64,000 bases of DNA from Polyangiaceae bacterium (lineage in GTDB: Bacteria > Myxococcota_A > Polyangia > Polyangiales > Polyangiaceae). The notes under the pieces are model-generated. The model was given only the letters and a program-made list of their open reading frames with translations. It was not told the DNA's origin and did not search any database. Of this stretch, positions 39,272 to 46,041 are shown one piece after another. Numbering within the stretch: the stretch's first letter is position 1; each line of letters opens with the position of its first letter. A program made the translations under genes and the position numbers. The stretch lies in contig JANRKO010000060.1 in NCBI GenBank assembly GCA_033763455.1, positions 32,001 to 96,000 of the forward strand. Reading direction: 5' to 3'.

Positions 39272-39475
39272 ATGCGCATAGTGTGCCCCACCTGCCAAAA
39301 AACGCTGGAAGACGTCCCGAGCGATTTCCCTGCTCGCCCCTTCTGCTCGATCCGTTGCAAGCAAATCGACCTAGGCAATTGGTTCGACGAGCGCTACCGG
39401 ATCTCCCGGCCAATCGAGCCCGAAGATCTTGAAGAAGATCCGAGCCTATTGGAACGCCTTCACCGTGATAATTGA
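39272..39475 (+). CDS. yacG: DNA gyrase inhibitor YacG
   Basis: CPTC..RPFCSIRCKQIDLGNWFDERYRI zinc finger with an acidic tail. Confidence 0.93.
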   Translation: MRIVCPTCQKTLEDVPSDFPARPFCSIRCKQIDLGNWFDERYRISRPIEPEDLEEDPSLLERLHRDN

Positions 39476-39518
39476 GCCTGGCTCGCCGCGGGGTGGGGCT
39501 GCCTGCTAAGCTTCGGGG

Positions 39519-40382
39519 GTGACCCAGGGCGCCGACAACGACACGATCCTTCGTTCTATTACCGACGACGGAGCGTTCCGCGTATTAGCGGCACGGACCA
39601 CTAATACCGTGCGCGCTGTTACCAACGTGCAAAAAGCGACGGGGACAACCTTGCGATCCCTGGGCGATCTCGTGACTGGAACCATTCTCTTTCGGGAGAT
39701 GATGGCCCCTGATCTTCGTGTGCAGGGAATTCTGCGTGGCTCGGCCGGTCAAGGGACTATCGTTGCAGATTCTCATCCATCTGGAAATACCCGAGCCTTG
39801 GTTCAGCTGCCCAAAGAGCAGTCGCAGTTCGTGCTAGAAAATGGCACAATTTTGCAGCTCATGCGCAGCTTGCCCGGAGGGCGCATCAATCAAGGTTTGG
39901 TCGCTTTGCCCGAAGGCGGCACCGTGGCTGACGGCTTCATGGTGTACTTGGAAACATCCGAGCAGGTTACCAGCATGCTCGCGCTTGCCACTTTGATCGA
40001 AGGTGGTGAAGTGGTGGCCGCTGGCGGATATCTGGTTCAGCTGTTACCGGAGGTTGGGCGCGGCCCGCTCATGCTCATGACTGAACGGCTCGACGAATTC
40101 CGAACTATCGACCACTTACTCAGCGATCCAGGCTTTACGCCTGATCGCTTGCTCGCCGAGATATTGTATGGAATGCCAAACACCGAGGTTGGCAGGAGTG
40201 AAGTGCGGTTCGAATGCTGGTGCAGCCACGTGCGCCTCGTGTCGGCGCTTTCCACGCTGAGCCGCAAAGAGATTGAAGAGCTAACGGCTGACGGTAAAGT
40301 TCTGGAAATTACGTGCGACTATTGCAACCGCGAATACGGGGTTACTCCCGCACAGTTGCAGGGCTTGCTGCAACAGAGCTGA
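39519..40382 (+). CDS. hslO: Redox-regulated chaperone Hsp33
   Basis: YLETSEQ, AAGGYLVQLLP, zinc switch ECWCS..CDYC; extended -10 TGCTAAGCT 6 nt before the GTG. Confidence 0.92.
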   Translation: MTQGADNDTILRSITDDGAFRVLAARTTNTVRAVTNVQKATGTTLRSLGDLVTGTILFREMMAPDLRVQGILRGSAGQGTIVADSHPSGNTRALVQLPKEQSQFVLENGTILQLMRSLPGGRINQGLVALPEGGTVADGFMVYLETSEQVTSMLALATLIEGGEVVAAGGYLVQLLPEVGRGPLMLMTERLDEFRTIDHLLSDPGFTPDRLLAEILYGMPNTEVGRSEVRFECWCSHVRLVSALSTLSRKEIEELTADGKVLEITCDYCNREYGVTPAQLQGLLQQS

Positions 40383-40869
40383 GTAGCTCCGCTACAAAGC
40401 GTTCCGGTTCCTCGGGGGTAATCAGTAAGGTGCGTGCGCCACGTAAGCGCACCATTACGAACCGATCCGTACGCGAAATCCACATCGAGAATGTCTCCCG
40501 CCCGGTCTTCAATAGGCCAAAGCCGCCCCACAGGCCCCCGGCACCGATGCGCATACCATAGCCAAATTCCTTGCGAAATTCCGAGGCATCCATCAGCTTC
40601 ACGTCTTCAATGTCGGCCTTTTGGATCCTGCGCGTTCGCACCGGCCAAACAATGTTCAACGTGTGTCGCGTAATTTCAAAGCGCGTGGGGCGCCAGGCGA
40701 ACCACACCATCATGAACGACAGCAACATGAATGCTGTGGTGGCCAAAAGGAGCCAGCGTACGGGAATGGGGGCCGCATTCGCGGCCCATCCAAGCACCAC
40801 GGGGATGGCAAACAAGGCCCAAGTCGTGAGCTTGAGTAGAAGTGACATGGGAGCAAGCCGGTAAACCAT
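40342..40869 (-). CDS. Membrane-anchored bacterial PH-domain protein
   Basis: Two TM helices, then RPTRFEIT..LNIVWPVR..RIGAGGLWGGFG..FVMVRL..LLITPEEPERFVAEL; its 3' end overlaps hslO convergently. Confidence 0.8.
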   Translation of the reverse strand: MVYRLAPMSLLLKLTTWALFAIPVVLGWAANAAPIPVRWLLLATTAFMLLSFMMVWFAWRPTRFEITRHTLNIVWPVRTRRIQKADIEDVKLMDASEFRKEFGYGMRIGAGGLWGGFGLLKTGRETFSMWISRTDRFVMVRLRGARTLLITPEEPERFVAELLSSVAASPATVRE

Positions 40870-41017
40870 GGTTTGATGGTGCAGGGTAGCGTGGGTCGAC
40901 GCCGGTGATGCTCAATCGCGTTGAGGTCTATGGCGGATATGATGCGCTGGTGTTCAAAACGGTGACCCCGCGGGCCCACGGCGGGTCTTGGGTTTCGTAT
41001 TGAGGATAGGGGTGGGC

Positions 41018-41046
41018 TGTGCCAGTTGTGCCATTGACGGTGTGCC
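41018..41046 (+). promoter_or_regulatory. Candidate enhancer (UAS) for a sigma-54 activator: TGTGCC direct repeats
   Basis: TGTGCC at 41018, 41027 and 41041. The first is 81 bp upstream of the -24 box, and the same motif with 9-bp spacing occurs upstream of the paralog. Confidence 0.5.
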
Positions 41047-41098
41047 GGCTGACGGATGGATCAGCCGAAAGTCGAGGAATTAGGCTAGAAATTAAGTG

Positions 41099-41114
41099 TG
41101 GCACGTGTCTTGCG
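41099..41114 (+). promoter_or_regulatory. Sigma-54 (-24/-12) promoter
   Basis: TGGCACGTGTCTTGCG matches TGGCACG-N4-TTGC; the -12 C (41113) is 13 nt before ATG 41126. Confidence 0.8.
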
Positions 41115-41125
41115 GAGGGGCGTTC

Positions 41126-42814
41126 ATGATTCGAACTCGGCTGGGCTCTTGGCACACTCTCTTCATGGCTGCGTTGGGGACGACCCCATTTGCGTGCGGG
41201 GGCTCTACCTCTACGGTGGAAATGTTCTCGGCTTCGGGCGGAGTTGGCGTGACGGGTGGCTCGGGAGGAGTTGGCGTGACGGGCGGCTCGGGGGGAGTTG
41301 GCGTGACGGGTGGCTCGGGAGGAACCGCTTCGGTGCCGGCGGCGTGGAGCTGTACTCCAGTGCCGTTAACTGGAGTAGACACCGGCTACGTGAGATGCGG
41401 CGAGGGGTATACGCACCGAACCCGCCAAGGTTCTTGCCCTTCGATTTACCCGCGTTCCGGATCGCAGTTGCCGCCTGACGCCACTGGTGGCGCGGGTGCG
41501 GCCGGCGGCGGTGGAGCCATGGGAACCGGTGGGAATGGCGCTGGGGGTTTGGCAACTGGAGGCTCGGGTGGATCTCGGTTTGCATGCTCTGAGGATGCTG
41601 ACTGCACGGCGAGTCCCATTGGGTATTGCCAGTATTCCCCGGCTCGTGAGGATGGCCCACTGGGGGGGGCGCCATCTAGCTCGACGTGTAACTACGGCTG
41701 TGCCACGGATGCTGACTGCGATGTGGGCTCCATTTGCGAGTGTGGCATTGACATGGGGCGCTGTGTTCCGTCCACGTGTCGTACGGACGCCGATTGTGCT
41801 GATGGTAGCTTGTGCGCGGGCGGAATAGAAAACGGGGGAGATCCAACTGGGTGCTCTTTTGAGACTCGGTACCAGCCGTTTTCTTGCCAGCTTCCTGGCG
41901 ACGAATGCTTCACCAACGCGCAGTGTCCTTGGGGTGAATCTTGCATACACGGGGAGGTCAACCGGACGTGTGTCCGCCTCCCGCTTTGCGGGCGCCCGTT
42001 TTGCGTCGACAGCGCGCACCGCCAAGCGAGCCCCACCGAGTCTGCAAGCTGGCTCAGCTCGCCCATATTCGTGAGCTCATTGGATGAATTGGATGCTGGA
42101 ACTCGGCGAGAAATTGCGGCACACTACACGGAAATAGCGCTCATGGAGCACGCATCGGTGGCAGCGTTCGCTCGCTTCTCGTTGCACCTGATGTCGATGG
42201 GAGCGCCCGCGTGGCTTCTCAGCGAAACCCAACGCGCGATGGGTGACGAGATTGAACACGCAAAGGCCTGTTTTGCCCTCGCGAGTAGCTACGCAGAAAG
42301 CAACGTTGGGCCTTCGCGATTGAGGCTTGAGGGTGCTTTTGAAGACGCCGGTGAGTTGGATATCATTGTTACGGCGGTCAAAGAGGCCTGTTTTGGCGAA
42401 ACTGTGGCTGCCATCGAAGCGGCAGAAGCTGCTAGCGTTGCGACTGTGCCGGCCGTACGGGAGCTGCTATCGCGCATCAGCGATGATGAGACTCGGCATG
42501 CAGAGCTTGGGTGGCGTTTTCTGGCGTGGGCCCTGGAGCATGTGGGCGCTTCCAGGCGTGCGGAGCTTACGGCTTCGTTACGGGTACTTTTGCACTCTGA
42601 GGTCGCAGAAGCTAACCAACAAGGGCGAGCCGAGAGTGGTGAGCATGCGCGTACAGCCATTTTGGGCGCGCACGGAATTCTCTCCGCAGCGTCGCGCGGC
42701 GAGCTGCGAAGGGCCGTACTCAAGGACGTTGTTGCGCCCGTCTTGAATTCACTGCTGGAAGCGTCGAGCGGCGCCGAACTAAAGTTGATGACGGAAATGG
42801 CGGCATTGGCGTAG
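41126..42814 (+). CDS. Exported Cys-rich protein fused to a C-terminal ferritin-like diiron domain (paralog 1)
   Basis: Signal ending in PFAC; Gly linkers; more than 20 Cys with repeated CxxDADC; CGRP junction; diiron ligands EHASV..DEIEH..EACFGE..DETRH. Confidence 0.88.
   Translation: MIRTRLGSWHTLFMAALGTTPFACGGSTSTVEMFSASGGVGVTGGSGGVGVTGGSGGVGVTGGSGGTASVPAAWSCTPVPLTGVDTGYVRCGEGYTHRTRQGSCPSIYPRSGSQLPPDATGGAGAAGGGGAMGTGGNGAGGLATGGSGGSRFACSEDADCTASPIGYCQYSPAREDGPLGGAPSSSTCNYGCATDADCDVGSICECGIDMGRCVPSTCRTDADCADGSLCAGGIENGGDPTGCSFETRYQPFSCQLPGDECFTNAQCPWGESCIHGEVNRTCVRLPLCGRPFCVDSAHRQASPTESASWLSSPIFVSSLDELDAGTRREIAAHYTEIALMEHASVAAFARFSLHLMSMGAPAWLLSETQRAMGDEIEHAKACFALASSYAESNVGPSRLRLEGAFEDAGELDIIVTAVKEACFGETVAAIEAAEAASVATVPAVRELLSRISDDETRHAELGWRFLAWALEHVGASRRAELTASLRVLLHSEVAEANQQGRAESGEHARTAILGAHGILSAASRGELRRAVLKDVVAPVLNSLLEASSGAELKLMTEMAALA
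41237..41317 (+). repeat. 27-bp coding tandem repeat x3 (GGVGVTGGS)
   Basis: ggNggagttggcgtgacgggYggctcg at 41237, 41264 and 41291; absent from paralog 2. Confidence 0.9.
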
Positions 42815-42910
42815 GGCGCTCGGGGCGAGGCTAGCGTGGGGTTCGGTGAGTCGGCGCAATTCGTGGTGCGAACGATCGTGCCCCCCAAATGGCCTGGGAC
42901 CGTTGCGAAC

Positions 42911-42992
42911 CCCCACAAGCTCCGCCACAAGGCCCTCCAGCTCCTCGGGCGTGAGCAGAAGTGCGCGCCCTGCCATAGCCGAATTCTTGTCG
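42911..42992 (-). pseudogene. Internally deleted remnant of a second copy of the PH-domain gene
   Basis: Encodes RQEFGYG, then after a deletion/frameshift GRALLLTPEELEGLVAELVG, versus RKEFGYG..ARTLLITPEEPERFVAELLS in 40342..40869. 42918-42967 matches 40385-40434 at 37/50 nt by hand alignment. Confidence 0.8.
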
Positions 42993-43100
42993 GGCTAGCG
43001 CGCCGTGCCGGTGTTGGTAGGCGTGCCCCAAGCTTCGCCCCAAAAAACCCTCATTCAGTGGCTAAAGCTGGGGCGTGGCATTGGGTATTCAGCGCGACAA

Positions 43101-43126
43101 ACGGTGTGCCATATGTGCCATGTGCG
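43101..43126 (+). promoter_or_regulatory. Candidate enhancer (UAS): TGTGCC direct repeats
   Basis: ACGGTGTGCC (43101-43110, identical to 41037-41046), TGTGCC at 43114 and TGTGCG at 43121; about 89 bp upstream of the -24 box. Confidence 0.5.
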
Positions 43127-43193
43127 GAGCACGAGTCAGACCGAGGTAGCGGATGAGCTCCAAAGACTCGGTAATATGCAGCAAGGCTAACGG

Positions 43194-43209
43194 CGGCACG
43201 GTGTTTGCT
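43194..43209 (+). promoter_or_regulatory. Sigma-54 (-24/-12) promoter
   Basis: CGGCACGGTGTTTGCT; the -12 C (43208) is 13 nt before ATG 43221, the same spacing as in paralog 1. Confidence 0.8.
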
Positions 43210-43220
43210 CGGCGGCGGCT

Positions 43221-44876
43221 ATGATTCGGACTCGACTTGGTTCTTGGCACGCACTCTTTCTGGCAGCGCTTGGGACAGCACCGTTCGGCTGCGGGGGCGC
43301 CACATCAGCGACGGACATGTCCTCGGCTTCGGGCGGAGGTGGTGCGTCAGGTGGCTCGGGCGGAAGCGATCCGGGGCGCGCGACGTGGAGCTGCACGAAT
43401 CCTATGCCGTTAACTGGAGTGGACACTGGCTATGTAAGGTGCGCTGAAGGGTACACACACCGAGCCAAGCAAGTGGCTTGCCCGTCGATTTACCCACGTT
43501 CTGGATCGCAACTGCCGGCTGACGCAACTTTTGGAGCGGGCCCGACCGGCGGCGGTGCGCTGGCCACAGGGGGCAACACGTCTGGGAGTTGGGCCGCTGG
43601 CGGTACGGGAGGAGTTCGGTTCGCTTGCGCCGAGGATGCCGATTGTAAGGAGAAGCCCAATGGGTATTGCCAGTACTATCCTGCGGTTCAGGCCCTAGGT
43701 GCCGCAGGATTGTGCGGTCCGCCGTCGTCGCCGTCTCGGACGGTGTGTAGCTACGGCTGTGTTACTGACCAGGACTGTGGATCGGGTACTATCTGCCAGT
43801 GCGGCGAGGGCATCGGAAGCTGCGTTCCGTCCACGTGTCGTACGGACGCCGATTGTGGTGAAGGTAGCTTGTGCGCGGGTGGGGTTTACGGTGAAAGTTC
43901 TATAGGGTTCTATTCCTGCCAGGTACCTGGCGATCAATGCTTTACCAACTCGCAGTGTGAGGGATACCCCTCCCGGGGAGGGTTTTGCGAGTGGATAGGG
44001 GTAAACGTCGATCGCATTCGTACCTGCGTGACGCGCCAAGTGACCCTCTGCGGACGCCCATTTTGCGTCGACAACGTGCACCGCCAGGCGAGCCCAACTG
44101 AGTCAGCGAGCTGGCTCGGATCTCCCATTTTCGTCGCCTCGGCAGACGAATTGGACGCCGTAAGTCGGCATGAGGTCGCCTCGCACTACACCGAAATAGC
44201 GCTCATGGAGCACGCATCGGTGGCGGCGTTTGCTCGCTTCTCGCTGCACTTGATGTCGATGGGAGCGCCTGCGTGGCTTCTCAGCGAAACCCAGCGCGCG
44301 ATGGGGGACGAGATAGAGCATGCAACGGCGTGCTTCGCGCTCGCCAGTAGCTATGCCGGCAGCAGCGTGGGTCCTTCGCAGCTTTGCCTGGAGGGTGCGT
44401 TTGCGGAAGTAAGTATGCTTGAGATCGTTGTTACCGCCGTGAAAGAGGCCTGTTTTGGCGAAACTGTGGCTGCCATTGAAGCGGCAGAAGCTGCCAGCGT
44501 TGCAACTGTGCCGGCTGTACGGGAGCTGTTATCGCGCATCAGCGACGATGAAACGCGGCATGCGGCGCTTGGGTGGCGTTTTCTGGCGTGGGCGTTGGAG
44601 AACGTGGGGGCTTCGACGCGTGCAGCGCTCGAGGCCTCTTTGCGGGAGCTTTTGCACGGTGAGTGTGCGGACGCCGATCGGCAGGCTCTCTCGGACACCG
44701 GCTTCAAGGCTCATGCCGCTGCCCTGAGCGCCCACGGAATTCTCTCCCCAGCGTCGCGGGCCGAGCTTAGAAGCACAGTGCTTCGGGATGTGGTCAGGCC
44801 GGTTCTGAATTCACTGCTTTCGGCAGCGAACAGTTCTGAAACGGCGTTGGTGCCGGAAGTGGCGGCGCTGTCGTAG
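43221..44876 (+). CDS. Exported Cys-rich protein fused to a C-terminal ferritin-like diiron domain (paralog 2)
   Basis: Same architecture as 41126..42814: MIRTRLGSWH signal ending in PFGC, Cys scaffold, CGRPFCVD, EHASV..DEIEH..EACFGE..DETRH. Confidence 0.88.
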   Translation: MIRTRLGSWHALFLAALGTAPFGCGGATSATDMSSASGGGGASGGSGGSDPGRATWSCTNPMPLTGVDTGYVRCAEGYTHRAKQVACPSIYPRSGSQLPADATFGAGPTGGGALATGGNTSGSWAAGGTGGVRFACAEDADCKEKPNGYCQYYPAVQALGAAGLCGPPSSPSRTVCSYGCVTDQDCGSGTICQCGEGIGSCVPSTCRTDADCGEGSLCAGGVYGESSIGFYSCQVPGDQCFTNSQCEGYPSRGGFCEWIGVNVDRIRTCVTRQVTLCGRPFCVDNVHRQASPTESASWLGSPIFVASADELDAVSRHEVASHYTEIALMEHASVAAFARFSLHLMSMGAPAWLLSETQRAMGDEIEHATACFALASSYAGSSVGPSQLCLEGAFAEVSMLEIVVTAVKEACFGETVAAIEAAEAASVATVPAVRELLSRISDDETRHAALGWRFLAWALENVGASTRAALEASLRELLHGECADADRQALSDTGFKAHAAALSAHGILSPASRAELRSTVLRDVVRPVLNSLLSAANSSETALVPEVAALS

Positions 44877-44948
44877 GGTCTGATTCCTAGTACTGACAGA
44901 AGGCTAGCGTGAGACCTCGCGACGAGGCACAATTCACCAGGTACGCCA

Positions 44949-45239
44949 ATGAAGCTCTCCCGAGACCTCTCTGATCCGGATGCCCGTCCGTACTTTTTGT
45001 GGAGTGAACCGACCACCGTTGGGGAATTTCGGGACAAGCTAGCTCAAGCCGATGGAGAGGAGTGGGCGAGGTTGGTTGGCACTCTCATGCGCGAGGCGCG
45101 AGATCCAGACGTTTGGAAGTTCGTGACGCCGCAGATGGTGTGGGAGCGTTTTGAGAAGATTGATCGCTACTTGGGTAGGCGCCGTCCCTTTTGGCATTAC
45201 CTGATGAGCGCATGGCACGATGATGGATTCGTTGCCTAG
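44949..45239 (+). CDS. Putative antitoxin of a nucleotidyltransferase TA pair (DUF6922-like)
   Basis: 96-aa ORF RPYFLWSE..WARLVGTLMREARDPDVWKFV..LGRRRPFW whose end overlaps the start of the downstream AbiEii-like gene. Confidence 0.65.
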   Translation: MKLSRDLSDPDARPYFLWSEPTTVGEFRDKLAQADGEEWARLVGTLMREARDPDVWKFVTPQMVWERFEKIDRYLGRRRPFWHYLMSAWHDDGFVA

Positions 45240-45867
45240 CGGGCTCAGTCCGCTGCAGATGTTGGTCATCGCCCAGTTGCAGGCGAGAGCGACCAATTTC
45301 TTCCTTACCGGCGGTGGAGTCCTCGTGGGCTGGGTGCTACACCATCGAGAAACTGAAGATTTGGATCTCTTCACGGATAGCGACGAAACAATGGCTGAGG
45401 CGGACCGGCTCGCTCGGGGTGTTTCGGCCGCTATTGGTGCCGACATTGAAAGTCTTGTCGCCGCACCAGACTTCAAACGCTTCCTCCTCACTCGGGGCAA
45501 CGAAGCCGTTAAGCTGGATTTTGTGCGCGATCGAGCTCCGCAGCTGCGCGCGAAGGTTGCCGTCAGCGGGCTACTCATGGATCCTGTGGAAGAGATCCTC
45601 ATCAACAAGTTGTGTGCATTGGCGGGCCGAGCGGAAGTTCGTGACCTGGTCGATTTGCAATGTCTGGCGGATGCCGGTTACGATATTCTCAAGTTTCTTC
45701 CCGAGGCCGAATTGAAGGATGCTGGTGCAACGCCGGCGACTCTCGCCTGGTTGCTCTCGACGCTCAGGATCCCGGACGAAGTTCCCGGTCCACATTCGAG
45801 TGATGAATTGCGGAGGTTTGCCAAAGGCCTAGAAGCCAAGCTGAGGGCCCTCGCCGCACCTCGTTGA
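45223..45867 (+). CDS. AbiEii/MenT-family nucleotidyltransferase toxin
   Basis: FFLTGGGVL..HHRETEDLDLF, VKLDFV, NKLCALAGRAEVRDLVDL; start at ATG 45220 or 45223. Confidence 0.85.
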   Translation: MDSLPSGLSPLQMLVIAQLQARATNFFLTGGGVLVGWVLHHRETEDLDLFTDSDETMAEADRLARGVSAAIGADIESLVAAPDFKRFLLTRGNEAVKLDFVRDRAPQLRAKVAVSGLLMDPVEEILINKLCALAGRAEVRDLVDLQCLADAGYDILKFLPEAELKDAGATPATLAWLLSTLRIPDEVPGPHSSDELRRFAKGLEAKLRALAAPR

Positions 45868-46041
45868 ATTGTTCCTGCCTGGCCCTCGCCGCAACAAAAT
45901 CCTTCGACCAAAGCCGCCCCGTATCCGCTTGAGACTTCGGTCGTTGAGCGCCCGATATCCAGCAGCCCTGGACAGACTTCGGCTGGAATTGGCCCGTGAG
46001 CTTGCACTCTTCGGGTTGCCGAGCTAGCGATGCGCCGGCTT

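Noticed and set aside
41237..41317. Short repeats as a possible CRISPR array
   Set aside because: They are contiguous in-frame repeats with no spacers, encode a Gly linker, and no cas genes are present.
42779..42976. 65-aa minus-strand ORF as a real small gene
   Set aside because: Only ~20 codons match the PH-protein C-terminus, and the ATG arises at the deletion junction; treated as a pseudogene.
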